Positions 1 to 9,886 of a stretch of 29,109 nt of DNA are shown here, piece after piece. The notes beneath the pieces are model-generated. The model was not told the DNA's origin, made no database searches, and was given only the letters and a program-made list of their open reading frames with translations. The DNA is taken from contig JANRJA010000045.1 in assembly GCA_033764315.1 (NCBI GenBank), positions 1 to 29,109 of the forward strand. The letters are read 5' to 3'. Both the position numbers and the translations under genes were made by a program. How positions within the stretch are numbered: position 1 is the first letter of the stretch; the number at the start of each line of letters is the position of its first letter. Origin of the DNA: Oculatellaceae cyanobacterium bins.114. Its GTDB lineage: Bacteria; Cyanobacteriota; Cyanobacteriia; Elainellales; Elainellaceae.

Positions 1-25
1 TCACAACCCATTTAGGATTGCTATA
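1..25. mobile_element. Terminal inverted-repeat end of a cyanobacterial TA-flanked MITE/IS630-like element, truncated by the window edge
   Basis: The reverse complement reads TATAGCAATCCTAAATGGGTTGTGA, resembling a common cyanobacterial miniature-element end. The same TATAGCAA end occurs at 22642 and 22758. Confidence 0.5.
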
Positions 26-380
26 TCTATTCAACGAGTAGCTGCTCACTTTTTATTTAAGCAGACTTTAGAAGATGGATTATCTAGACTAGCCTCTAGC
101 AGATTGGAGTAATCTGCAAACTGTGCTTTACGAGGTCAGCATAATATTCTGCAAGATAGTATTCTGCGAAACACTATGATCTAAAGCACGATAAAGCTAT
201 TACCCTAGAAGGCTGCATAGATAAACTCTGACGATAGGGTATTGTGCAGTAGTTTTTGCAAAATGTCTAGTGCTCAAGCTATAAAAAAGTAACTTTTATT
301 GAGTCGCTCTGGATGCAACTGGGCAGTTAACATAGCGATCGCCTACTTCTAATTTAATATTTAACCAAAGGAAATCTTTC

Positions 381-409
381 AAAAGACATTTCTGGGGTGT
401 CTTTTTTTT
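381..409 (+). terminator. Intrinsic terminator
   Basis: Stem AAAAGACATT/GGTGTCTTTT (with G-U pairs) running into 8 T residues. Confidence 0.6.
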
Positions 410-956
410 ATCATCTCCTTATTACGCATACTATTAGGCACACTGACACATTATAAACTGGCACATCGCACTGAGTATCTTAAAGCACTCTCTTCAAGCC
501 CTAGCTCAGTTTTCTGGTAACAGCTAGGTCACGCTGCTAGATCACCCTACTGGTAGGGATGAATGGAACTGGCTGAAATGAGGGCGATCGCTCTTTTTTG
601 CTAATTCACGTCGCTGCCCTTATTTTGCCCTCTGTAGAATTAGGGTTGTATTATCGGTAAATTACTGAGGCACTGCGATCAACTGATCAAAAGTTTGCCG
701 CAAGAGGGTTTGCGCTGTTTTGGCAGGCACCGATAGTAGAAGTGTGGGAAGATTTGACGACATTTTGAGCGCAGAATAATAAGAGCTATCTGGCACGAAG
801 CGTCCTTTCCATCTCGAATTGTTATGGATATGTCACGGAATGGATCACTTAATTAAGTATTTTGTAACTCTTGTATCGTCTTATGTGGTTCCATTTTTAC
901 TATCTTAGAAGTCGGGTATTCTAAAAAGCTAAAGAAACTATTAAGCGGAGGTCATT

Positions 957-1178
957 ATGACGCCTCTAATGCTACGCCAACTGTGGGCTCTGATCGAAAC
1001 AACACAATCTGGCATCTTGCTGACACTCGATGACACAGCATTGGTGCAATGGCTCCTCCGTCAAGTCAAAGCAGAGCAATCGCTCGACTACAACGAAACT
1101 AATGTTCTGGCCGATTACATTCAGTCCAAGCTCACTCTGATTCGCGATATCGCTCAAGATCGGGGCGTCAGGTGCTGA
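957..1178 (+). CDS. Small conserved cyanobacterial hypothetical protein (73 aa)
   Basis: GGAGG RBS shortly before the ATG. The pattern MTP..LRQLW...LDD..LVQWL...LIRD.A is typical of a cyanobacterial small-protein family. Confidence 0.8.
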   Translation: MTPLMLRQLWALIETTQSGILLTLDDTALVQWLLRQVKAEQSLDYNETNVLADYIQSKLTLIRDIAQDRGVRC

Positions 1179-1215
1179 GACGTCCCTGACTCAGAAATAG
1201 ATGAGGCAAAGAACG

Positions 1216-1255
1216 GTTAACCTTGATACAAAAATAAAATCCAAAGCAGTAGACT
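1216..1255 (+). promoter_or_regulatory. Putative NtcA-activated promoter of the natFGH-bgtA operon
   Basis: GTT-N8-TAC(A) at 1216-1229 (one mismatch to GTA-N8-TAC), then a 20-nt spacer and TAGACT (TAN3T -10 box) at 1250-1255. Confidence 0.4.
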
Positions 1256-1479
1256 GTTAAAAAAGTTCAAAGTAATTCAATCAGTGACATGCTTTCAGGC
1301 TACTCAAGCCATTAGAAAGAGTTTCATGATGGGTTACTTGAGTTGCTTGACCGTGTATCGTGTTTGAGCATGAAAAATTAGCGATAACCTGACTGGATCC
1401 TTCCTCAGGTTGGCTGCTATGGCAACGGTTAACAAGACTTAGAATTTTTATCGTGTGTTGAAAAGTGAGTGAGATAGAT

Positions 1480-2568
1480 ATGCGTAAATGGGCTTCTTTG
1501 CTGTTGGCAGCTACTCTGTCAGTGGCTGCACTATCGGCTTGCACCTCAGAACCAACAGACACAGCTGCTTCGCCTGGAGCTGAGGGTGCTTCCCCAGCTG
1601 CTGCGAGCGGAGGTAGCCGTTTAGATACTGTTCTACAACGTGGCACGCTAATTTGTGGGGTCGATGGTGGTATTCCTGGATTTAGCTTTGTAGACTCCAG
1701 TGGCAAATATTCAGGTTTAGATGTTGATATTTGTAAAGCAGTTGCAGCGGCTCTGTTTAACGATCCAGAGAAGGTCGAATATCGTAACCTTGACTCTACT
1801 GAGCGATTTACAGCATTAGCTGGTGGCGAAGTAGACATGCTCTCTCGCAACACAACGTGGACGAGCAGCCGTGACTCAGCCGGTGGTAACGGTCTAGAAT
1901 TTGCCCCAACGACCTTCTATGACGGTCAAGGCATGATGATTAGCAACGATAGCGGTATCACCAAGCTAGAAGATTTTGCTGGCAAGTCAATCTGCGTTGA
2001 GACTGGGACTACGACTGAGTTGAACTTGACTGACCGGATGCGGGAACTCAACGTTCAGTTTACTCCTGTTGTCTTTCAGGATGCAGATGCTGCTTATGCT
2101 GCGTTTGCAGAAGGACGCTGTCAGGGTATGACTTCTGACAAGTCTCAGCTTGCGGCTCGTCGGACTACACTACCCAATCCTGATAGCTATTCCTTGTTAG
2201 ACGTAACGATGTCTAAAGAGCCTTTGGGCCCTGTGACCGTTAACAACGACTCTCGGTGGTTTGATACTGTGAAGTGGGTCACTTATGGCTTGTTCCAGGC
2301 TGAAGAATTTGGCATTACTCAAGCGAATGTCGATCAACAGCTCAGCAGCGAAAGCCCAGACATTAGACGCTTCTTGGGTGCTGAAGGTGACTTGGGAACT
2401 CAACTCGGTCTGCCAAACGACTTTATGGTGCGTGTGATCAAAGCGGTAGGTAACTATGGTGAGATCTATGAGCGCAATGTCGGTGAAAGCTCTGACCTGA
2501 AAATCCCTCGTGGTTTAAACTCTCTCTGGAACGACGGTGGTTTGATGTACTCTCCACCCTTCCGTTAA
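1480..2568 (+). CDS. natF: Amino acid ABC transporter substrate-binding lipoprotein (N-II system, AapJ/BztA-like)
   Basis: Lipobox LSAC; motifs GLDVDICKAVAAA, RFTAL..GEVD.LSRNTTWT, SKEPLGP and C-terminal GGLMYSPPFR. ATG 1480 preferred over GTG 1465. Confidence 0.92.
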   Translation: MRKWASLLLAATLSVAALSACTSEPTDTAASPGAEGASPAAASGGSRLDTVLQRGTLICGVDGGIPGFSFVDSSGKYSGLDVDICKAVAAALFNDPEKVEYRNLDSTERFTALAGGEVDMLSRNTTWTSSRDSAGGNGLEFAPTTFYDGQGMMISNDSGITKLEDFAGKSICVETGTTTELNLTDRMRELNVQFTPVVFQDADAAYAAFAEGRCQGMTSDKSQLAARRTTLPNPDSYSLLDVTMSKEPLGPVTVNNDSRWFDTVKWVTYGLFQAEEFGITQANVDQQLSSESPDIRRFLGAEGDLGTQLGLPNDFMVRVIKAVGNYGEIYERNVGESSDLKIPRGLNSLWNDGGLMYSPPFR

Positions 2569-2580
2569 TCAACGGGTAGC

Positions 2581-2624
2581 CAATCGCAGGTGGTGGATTG
2601 TATCTAGATCGCCACCTGCGATTG
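2581..2624 (+). other. Intra-operon stem-loop after natF
   Basis: Perfect 13-bp inverted repeat CAATCGCAGGTGG / CCACCTGCGATTG with no U-tract. Confidence 0.75.
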
Positions 2625-2669
2625 CTTATATATCGGTTGCAGCCATTGCCAGCGTTAGGCACTTGATTC

Positions 2670-3836
2670 ATGACCACCAACGACACGCAAAAAATTCCCC
2701 TTTGGCGAGACGAGCGGTTTTGGCGGATTGCCATCCAAGTTCTCGTGGTGCTTGTTTTAGTTGCAGCGGTTCTGTTGCTATTGGGCAACTTAAACCGCAA
2801 TATGCAACAGAAAGGCATTCAATTTGGTTTCAATTTCCTACGCAGTCCGGCAGGGTTTAGCATTGGTGAAACCTTACTGCCTTATTTCCCGAATGATCCC
2901 TATTTCCGGGCGTTATTGGCAGGAGTCGTCAACACGTTGCGAGTGATGATTCCTGGGATGGTTTTGACTACCTTGTTAGGGATCGTCGCTGGCATTGCTA
3001 GTTTTTCTGAAAACTGGTTGGTGCGAAAGCTGAGTCTTGGCTATGTCGAGATTGTGCGAAATACACCGATGCTCTTGCAGCTTTATTTCTGGTATTTCGC
3101 TGTGTTCTTTGGCTTGCCCAGACCCGAAAACCAGATTGATATTTTAGATGCTTTCTTCTTGAGTAAGGCGGGAGTATACGTTCCCTGGCCGGCTAATACG
3201 GCTTTTGCCTGGATGTGGCTCTTAGTTTTAGTGGCAGGGGCTGTTGCGGCGTTCTTTTTGTGGAAGTGGCGCACCAAGCTCATCGTTGAGCAAGGAGCTT
3301 CGGGGAAGCTGCAATTTCAAATTTTGTTGGGCATGGCGATCGCGGCTGTGCTGATTGTTGTCTTTGGGTTGGGTTGGCAAGCCCCTGTCTCTGAAGCACC
3401 CGGCCAGGTGCAGGGTGGGCTGCGGCTAACCCTTGAGTTTTCAGCCTTGTTAGCCGGTTTGGTGTTTTATACCGGAGCTTTTGTGGCTGAGGTTGTCCGC
3501 GCCGGGATTCAGGCCGTTTCTAGAGGGCAGTGGGAAGCCGCGCGATCGCTGGGCTTGCAACCAGGGTTAGTCATGCGGTTAGTTGTTTTTCCGCAGGCAT
3601 TGCGCGTTATGTTGCCCCCTCTGAATAGCCAATATCAAAACTTAGCCAAAAACTCTAGCTTAGGATCAGCCTTAGCCTATCCAGAGATTTTCTTAGTTTC
3701 AAGCACCACATTCAACCAAACAGGACGACCTGTAGAGGTGTTTGTGTTGATTATGATCGTCTATCTAATTATTAATTTAACGATTTCTCTCAGCATGAAT
3801 CAATTGAACCGTTTGGTTCAGCTTAAAGAGCGTTAG
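2670..3836 (+). CDS. natG: Amino acid ABC transporter permease (AapQ/BztB-like)
   Basis: Multiple TM segments; YVEIVRNTPMLLQL; EAA loop GQWEAARSLGL. Confidence 0.9.
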   Translation: MTTNDTQKIPLWRDERFWRIAIQVLVVLVLVAAVLLLLGNLNRNMQQKGIQFGFNFLRSPAGFSIGETLLPYFPNDPYFRALLAGVVNTLRVMIPGMVLTTLLGIVAGIASFSENWLVRKLSLGYVEIVRNTPMLLQLYFWYFAVFFGLPRPENQIDILDAFFLSKAGVYVPWPANTAFAWMWLLVLVAGAVAAFFLWKWRTKLIVEQGASGKLQFQILLGMAIAAVLIVVFGLGWQAPVSEAPGQVQGGLRLTLEFSALLAGLVFYTGAFVAEVVRAGIQAVSRGQWEAARSLGLQPGLVMRLVVFPQALRVMLPPLNSQYQNLAKNSSLGSALAYPEIFLVSSTTFNQTGRPVEVFVLIMIVYLIINLTISLSMNQLNRLVQLKER

Positions 3837-3856
3837 GCAGATATTCACTTCAACCT

Positions 3857-5077
3857 ATGACAACTACCACTCCTCAATCGACCTCAACAGCCCCTCCAAT
3901 TACTCAGGTTGGACCCGTTGCCTGGTTGCGAAAAAACTTCTTCAGCAGTTGGAGTAACACCCTCTTAACCGTTGTGGTAGTTGGCATTTTTCTTTTGATT
4001 GTCAGAGGGTTTTTAGTATGGGCAACCACTAAGGCTCAATGGGCTGTGGTGCCAGCAAACTTGCCGCTTTATATGGTGGGTTTATATCCGGCAGACCAGT
4101 ATTGGCGGGTTTGGACTGTTTTAAGCCTGATTTCAGTGCTGATCGGTTTATCGTGGGGTCTGTTAGCCCGCAATGTTGCCAAGTTGTTTAGCAACTCTAT
4201 CTTGGTGGGGGTTGCCGTTTCAGGCTTGGCTGCCGTGTTAATACCGGTTCCGGTTGTGCCTTATCGGTTGTTGTTACTGTTACAGGTTGCTTTGGTTGTG
4301 GCCGGGGCTTGGGCAGGTCGCTATCTTGGCAACAAGTTTACGACAACTGGCCGATATTTGTCGTTTGCCTGGGTTTTTTCTTTTCCCGTTGTTCTCTGGC
4401 TGATTGGCGGTGGGCTGGGTTTAAAGGCCGTTTCGACCAACAACTGGGGAGGGTTGCTACTAACCCTGATTATGGCGATCGTTAGCATTGTGCTGTGCTT
4501 CCCGATTGGGGTGGCATTAGCACTGGGTCGGCGCAGCGATTTGCCTGCTATCCGTTGGCTTTCTACGCTCTATATTGAGTTGATTCGAGGCGTACCCCTG
4601 ATTTCAATTTTGTTCATGGGACAGGTAATGATTCCCATGTTTTTGCCAGAGGGAGTTCGACCCGATCGCGTTTTGCGGGCAATCTTGGGCTTAACTATTT
4701 TTAGTGCAGCTTACCTGGCAGAAAACGTTCGGGGTGGGTTGCAAGCTATTCCACGGGGGCAAAGTGAGGCTGCTCGTGCCTTGGGCTTTAATCCAGTGTT
4801 GACCACCAGTTTAATTGTTTTACCCCAAGCTCTCAAGATTTCAATTCCAGCGATTGTGGGTCAGTTTATCGGCTTATTTCAAGACACAACTCTATTAAGT
4901 ATTGTGGGATTAGTGGAACTGCTCGGCATTAGCCGCTCAATTTTGGCGAACCCAGAATTTTTAGGACGTTATGCTGAAGTATTCCTATTTATTGGCGTTT
5001 TCTACTGGTTCTTTTGTTACTTTATGTCTTCGATTAGCCGTCAACTTGAGAAGCGGTTGAATACAGAATATCGTTGA
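3857..5077 (+). CDS. natH: Amino acid ABC transporter permease (AapM/BztC-like)
   Basis: TM segments; YIELIRGVPLI; AENVRGGLQAIPRGQSEAARALG. Confidence 0.9.
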   Translation: MTTTTPQSTSTAPPITQVGPVAWLRKNFFSSWSNTLLTVVVVGIFLLIVRGFLVWATTKAQWAVVPANLPLYMVGLYPADQYWRVWTVLSLISVLIGLSWGLLARNVAKLFSNSILVGVAVSGLAAVLIPVPVVPYRLLLLLQVALVVAGAWAGRYLGNKFTTTGRYLSFAWVFSFPVVLWLIGGGLGLKAVSTNNWGGLLLTLIMAIVSIVLCFPIGVALALGRRSDLPAIRWLSTLYIELIRGVPLISILFMGQVMIPMFLPEGVRPDRVLRAILGLTIFSAAYLAENVRGGLQAIPRGQSEAARALGFNPVLTTSLIVLPQALKISIPAIVGQFIGLFQDTTLLSIVGLVELLGISRSILANPEFLGRYAEVFLFIGVFYWFFCYFMSSISRQLEKRLNTEYR

Positions 5078-5161
5078 GTGTAACATTTGACAGTCTAGGC
5101 TCCCCTGCTTGGCTTATGGTAGTGCGAAAATGATTTTATTCCGAAGATGGAGAGGAATGTA

Positions 5162-5941
5162 ATGACACAATTTCAAACTAATGCTGTTCCCGTTGATGAA
5201 AGCGCGTCAGAGCCGATTATCGTTGCTAGAGATGTGGAAAAATGGTACGACAATAATTTTCACGTCTTACGCGGTGTTAGTCTGACGGTCAGCAAAGGGG
5301 AAGTGTTGGTGGTCATGGGTCCCTCTGGCTCCGGAAAATCCACCTTTATCCGCACATTCAATGCGTTAGAAAGCTATCAAAAGGGCAGCATTGAGATTGA
5401 TGGGATTACGCTATCTCACGACTTAAAAAATATTGATACCATCCGTCGTGAAGTGGGAATGGTGTTTCAGCAGTTTAATCTGTTTCCCCACTTATCAGTT
5501 CTTCAAAACATTACTCTAGCCCCGATTTGGGTACGTCGTTGGCCCAAAGCCAAAGCTGAAGAAGTTGCGCTGCAACTATTAGAGCGGGTTGGCATTTTGG
5601 AGCAGGCAAAGAAGTTTCCAGGACAACTCTCTGGAGGGCAACAACAACGGGTGGCGATCGCTCGTGCATTGGCAATGCAGCCTAAAATTATGTTGTTTGA
5701 TGAACCGACATCCGCTCTTGATCCTGAAATGGTGCGGGAAGTGTTAGATGTTATGCGATCGCTGGCTCGATCGGGTATGACGATGGTAGTTGTGACCCAT
5801 GAAGTCGGCTTTGCTCGTGAAGTGGCCGATCGGGTTGTGTTGATGGCAGATGGGCTATTGGTTGAAGAAGCAACTCCTGAAGACTTCTTTAATGACCCCA
5901 AAGAAGAGCGGACTAAGAAATTTCTCTCGCAGATTCTCTAA
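5162..5941 (+). CDS. bgtA: Polar amino acid ABC transporter ATP-binding protein
   Basis: Walker A GPSGSGKS, signature LSGGQQQR, Walker B MLFDEPT and H-loop. GGAGAGG lies just upstream of ATG 5162. Gene order natF-G-H-bgtA matches Anabaena. Confidence 0.88.
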   Translation: MTQFQTNAVPVDESASEPIIVARDVEKWYDNNFHVLRGVSLTVSKGEVLVVMGPSGSGKSTFIRTFNALESYQKGSIEIDGITLSHDLKNIDTIRREVGMVFQQFNLFPHLSVLQNITLAPIWVRRWPKAKAEEVALQLLERVGILEQAKKFPGQLSGGQQQRVAIARALAMQPKIMLFDEPTSALDPEMVREVLDVMRSLARSGMTMVVVTHEVGFAREVADRVVLMADGLLVEEATPEDFFNDPKEERTKKFLSQIL

Positions 5942-6012
5942 TTTGATTGCTGTAGCCTAATTTCTCTAACAGGAATATTGCATCTAATTTGTCTATTCAG
6001 CTTCTTGACTTC

Positions 6013-7125
6013 CTATCTCACCTCTTCATCTAAAGCTTGCCAGAAGGTCTGAGATGATTGTCGTCGCTGTCTAACAGCCATGTAAGGGCGATATTGCAAC
6101 TTTCCTTCGATCTCTGATGTCTGGACAAACCCTTGCTCGATGAGAGTGCCTAAAATGGGGTAAACCGTGGCTTCCTCTTGCCCCAGCGAGGTAGCTATTT
6201 CGGTCAGCGTAGCTTTGCCTCGACGAATGATGCAACTGATGACGCGCCGCTGCGCTTCTGGCAGGGTTAGCACATGAAACATGTTCAACTCAATGGTCGG
6301 TTGAGTCACTTGAGCTGCTTGTTGTGCCGTAGCTGTCGTAGCTTGCTCTCTAGACTCTAATGTCAAAATCTGCTGAGCGATCGCCTCAAACTGGTTGGTC
6401 AAAGGATGCTCAGGATAATGCAAACAGAAAACGCCACGGCTGGCCAACTCCAACATTTCTTCAGAAAAGGGTAAAACAGCGGCAACAGATTCACCATAGG
6501 TTCGTTCTAGTCGTTCTTTGACTTCTTCACTTTCAAAGCTAGAAAGCACCTGATTCGCAACCAATAAAATTTTGGGAACCCCTAATTTGCGGGCAATATC
6601 AACAGTGACAGCCACTCCCTGAAAGTTTTGGTGATCAAGCGACAAGATCAATAACAGGACGTCACAGAGTGCAATCGACAGTAAGGTGTCTTCTCCTAAT
6701 CCGGGATTTGTCTCGATAAATAAGCAATCTAAATCGAGACGACGGCTTAAATCTAAAAATCCCTGACTCAAACTGCCCATGTCATGCCCCTGCCGCAGCA
6801 ATCGAGGCACATCACTGACGCGGATATGGCTGGGGGAGAGATAGACCCCTCCACCCATGACCGTAATTTCTCCTTCCTCAATCTTGAGACTGGGGCTACC
6901 GTCTTTAACCACCCCACCATCGGTTAAACCGCCCCACAAATAGTAATTGAGGACGTGGTCTATCTTGTCATTATCGACACCAAACAGAGTGTGAACTCCA
7001 GCAGGCTGAGTATTAATTACCCCTACATGATGCCCCTGCCGAGCAATACTAACTGCTAGGTTTGCCGTTAGGTTTGACTGACCAGTGCCGTGGCGGAAAG
7101 AGTGGACAGATACAATTTTGGGCAT
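6013..7125 (-). CDS. MinD/ParA-family protein with degenerate nucleotide-binding motifs, fused to a C-terminal winged HTH domain
   Basis: N-terminus KIVSVHSFRHGTGQSNLTANLA is MinD-like. An Ala/Gln/Thr linker precedes a wHTH-like segment (LPEAQRRVISCIIRRGKATLTEIATSLG...LGTLIEQGFV). Confidence 0.85.
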   Translation of the reverse strand: MPKIVSVHSFRHGTGQSNLTANLAVSIARQGHHVGVINTQPAGVHTLFGVDNDKIDHVLNYYLWGGLTDGGVVKDGSPSLKIEEGEITVMGGGVYLSPSHIRVSDVPRLLRQGHDMGSLSQGFLDLSRRLDLDCLFIETNPGLGEDTLLSIALCDVLLLILSLDHQNFQGVAVTVDIARKLGVPKILLVANQVLSSFESEEVKERLERTYGESVAAVLPFSEEMLELASRGVFCLHYPEHPLTNQFEAIAQQILTLESREQATTATAQQAAQVTQPTIELNMFHVLTLPEAQRRVISCIIRRGKATLTEIATSLGQEEATVYPILGTLIEQGFVQTSEIEGKLQYRPYMAVRQRRQSSQTFWQALDEEVR

Positions 7126-7370
7126 TGTAAACCTCAGTTAGGCAAACCCCTTACTGTAAGAGTTGTCTAAGATTGCCACAAGTCATACTTTATTGTTCCC
7201 TGAATTTTTCATTTCTCAAGGTTCATCAACAGTAAATCATAGTGTAATAAGACCACCTTTTACAGAGAAACACTGTGGACTGATATACCAGGTGGCTTAT
7301 ATACAGAGTGACATGGTCGTGTTGTTAAAGCTAGATTGAAAGCAAATAATTGAACTCATATTAAGTGAAT

Positions 7371-7811
7371 ATGAAGCAATTTGGTTTTTTGCGGTCTAAC
7401 AACCCTTCTAGAAAACCTTTAGTTCCCCAATATGCTAAGCAGAACAAGACTACCACTCAAACTCTGATTGTGGTGACTTATTTGGGCGGCATATTTTTGG
7501 TGGGAGTGTTTTTCATTCTCTTTATCTCTGGACGTTTGGTTGTAGGGGGTGTGCCATCGTCGATTGTTATGCAGTTTTTGCAAGACGACATTGCCCGCAA
7601 TGCTTATTTCACAGGAGACAAGGCAGGATTGCACAATCGCCTTGATGATATGGGGATTGAGGCCCAAATGAAAACGTTTTATCGTCCTCAAATTTCTGAT
7701 GAAACTGAGTTAGATCAACATATTCATCAAATTCTTTACGATCGAACTGGGTATGTTGGTGAAGCATATCAGGTGAATTCAAGGGGGATTCTCGTGTTGA
7801 AAGAGGACTAG
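7371..7811 (+). CDS. Membrane-anchored hypothetical protein
   Basis: ORF of about 146 aa with one hydrophobic segment (LIVVTYLGGIFLVGVFFILFI) followed by a soluble domain. Start is ATG 7371 or GTG 7365. Confidence 0.75.
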   Translation: MKQFGFLRSNNPSRKPLVPQYAKQNKTTTQTLIVVTYLGGIFLVGVFFILFISGRLVVGGVPSSIVMQFLQDDIARNAYFTGDKAGLHNRLDDMGIEAQMKTFYRPQISDETELDQHIHQILYDRTGYVGEAYQVNSRGILVLKED

Positions 7812-7946
7812 TGATCTAACCGTTAACGATGCATCTTTGTCTAGTGATCGTTATAGCGCGACATTGATGTTTTTGCTCGTTCTGTTTTGTTGATTGTAAT
7901 TTGCGGATTCTAGTTTATTAATTTTGATTTGTTTACGATTGCTACA

Positions 7947-8540
7947 TTAACTCAACTTTACTTCATTGGCATAACTTGCCCGCCGAACAAATTCAAAGGG
8001 GCCAGCGACCGAACCCCAAACATGCTCATCGGTTTCAGGATCTCGTCCTCGATCGTGGCTAATAAAGTGTTGTTCGTCAATTTCAAATTCGCTGTCTAAA
8101 TAGGTAGTTTTACCTTTGCGAACCACCATGCAAGCTTTGCCGGGTTCTACATGTCCTTTAAAGCTTTTACCAGTCCATTCAACTAGCATGTTGCAACCTG
8201 GTAACTTCTCAAGATCTTCGCTTTTAAGCGTTTGGAGACGTTGTAGATCGCGAGAAGCCCCATAAAACTTTTGTTCATCTTTGACGGTGTAGTTTTCGAT
8301 AGTGATGCGATCGCCCTGCACCATGAGCTTTAACGCCCGTAATCGGTAGGGGTCATTTAAGGTATAGTCGTAAGCTTGCTCAACAAATAAACCCACCCCA
8401 GACAATACATCCCAAGGAAGTGGGCGCATGCAAACCCGGATATGGGCAAAAAAAGGTGGGTTTTCAAAAGCTTGTGCTTGGTTGCTAAAGTCGGCAGCCA
8501 TCCAACGGGCTAGAGTGCCGATATCGGTGGAATGCGTCAT
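7947..8540 (-). CDS. cpcT: CpcT/CpeT-family phycobiliprotein chromophore lyase
   Basis: MTHSTDIGTLARWMAADFSNQAQAFENPPFFAHIRVCMRPLP, EQAYDY, PYR and DRG...VWGS..GPFEF motifs. ATG at 8540. Confidence 0.93.
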   Translation of the reverse strand: MTHSTDIGTLARWMAADFSNQAQAFENPPFFAHIRVCMRPLPWDVLSGVGLFVEQAYDYTLNDPYRLRALKLMVQGDRITIENYTVKDEQKFYGASRDLQRLQTLKSEDLEKLPGCNMLVEWTGKSFKGHVEPGKACMVVRKGKTTYLDSEFEIDEQHFISHDRGRDPETDEHVWGSVAGPFEFVRRASYANEVKLS

Positions 8541-8674
8541 AGGTTGATTTAATGGAGTCCAGGTAGAAGAACGATAACTCAAATTTTAGAAGGGAACCAG
8601 GATCAAGTAGGCAATGAAATTTGGAAGATGAAATTAGAAGGGGCTACATGACAGTGGCCCCTATCTCTCTCGCT

Positions 8675-9685
8675 TCAACCTTCAGCCTGACCGACTAAGG
8701 AAGCCTCTGGATCAGTAGTGTGAAGCAACTCCTCCGGGGGGTTCATCGCCAGCTTGGGTGCCAGTAGTAATTGATAAAGCTTGTGACGAAATTCAGGATC
8801 GAGATAGCGTTGGCGAATGGTGTCCCAATCATGTAGAGCGACATCGCGCTCTTGATAAATCGTCGCATGTAGCTCTGGCATGGCTGTGGCCTGTGGCAAT
8901 TCATCCGTTAATAAATCGAGCAATACTTGACCGTCTTGGACTTTGCCTAACTGTTCTTGCAATTCTTTGATTTCATTGACCCAGGTTTGAAACGCCTCTC
9001 CATAAAAATCAGCAAAAAATTCTGCTTGATAGCGCACCTGCTTACAGAGTTTGCGGAGGTCATGCAAGATAGAGCTATTGTCTGGAGAGAGGTCGTTTTC
9101 GGCAATTAACCAGACCGGGTGGAGCAACAGTTTGGACAGCAGAGGACTGAGCAAATCAGGTAATGCGGTCAACAGAGGGAACTGAGCTGTGGTTTTGAAG
9201 GTGGGTTGGTCAAGCCAAGTGGCGTATGCTGTTTTGAGCGCGTGATAAGCAGTGCGAGTCAAGCTGTCTTTGGTGCCAGCAAATGCTTTGCGTCGCTGTT
9301 TTTGAAGAACGGTCACTCCTTGATTGAGCAGGGCTTGTTCTGCTTGACTCAATCGAGGTTGATACTCTTGGCAGAGCGTAGCGATTTGCACATCCAAATC
9401 TCGCAAACGACCGAGAGTTCGAGCTAGGTTGCGAAGTCGTTTGTCGCTGGCAGCTTTGGGCAGTTCGACTACCGTGTCAAACACATGCAGTGCGGTGCGC
9501 AAGCGTCGAATGCTAACTCGCATTTGATGTAAATGTTCAGGATTTTTATCAGCTAAGACTTTTTGTTCTCGTTTGACGATATGGCGATATTGATCGCCAA
9601 TAATGGTGTAGGCAAGATCACCCAAGGTGGGAGACTGGCCCTCGGCTGTCATCGTATGTTGAGATGCATCTCCGTTGTGGCTCAT
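8675..9685 (-). CDS. Stand-alone CHAD domain protein (polyphosphate-binding family)
   Basis: PEHLHQMRVSIRRLRTAL, LGRLRDLDV, LHDLRKLCKQVRYQAE and LQEQLGKVQD motifs. Confidence 0.9.
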   Translation of the reverse strand: MSHNGDASQHTMTAEGQSPTLGDLAYTIIGDQYRHIVKREQKVLADKNPEHLHQMRVSIRRLRTALHVFDTVVELPKAASDKRLRNLARTLGRLRDLDVQIATLCQEYQPRLSQAEQALLNQGVTVLQKQRRKAFAGTKDSLTRTAYHALKTAYATWLDQPTFKTTAQFPLLTALPDLLSPLLSKLLLHPVWLIAENDLSPDNSSILHDLRKLCKQVRYQAEFFADFYGEAFQTWVNEIKELQEQLGKVQDGQVLLDLLTDELPQATAMPELHATIYQERDVALHDWDTIRQRYLDPEFRHKLYQLLLAPKLAMNPPEELLHTTDPEASLVGQAEG

Positions 9686-9886
9686 AGCAAACTCGCTTGA
9701 ATCAACCCTATTAGCAACAAATCCGATTGGGGAATCTATTATTTTAACTCAGGAGACGAGGAGGTTAGACCGACCTCTTAACATGTTCTTAAAGAACCAT
9801 CAGAAGAGTTAAGTTTTTCCCTCCTCTGAGGTAAAGTATGTTAATTTTCTACATAATTTCACTGGCGATAATTAGAATTTGGGGTT

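Noticed and set aside
1281-1853. 190-aa antisense ORF over natF, and similar antisense or alternate-frame ORFs over bgtA, the TpsA gene, the sugar operon and lexA
   Set aside because: Shadow frames of well-supported genes, with no recognisable motifs.
7141-7175. GGCAAACC resembling a c-di-GMP-I riboswitch start
   Set aside because: No GNRA-capped stem or GACGCAAAGC follows.
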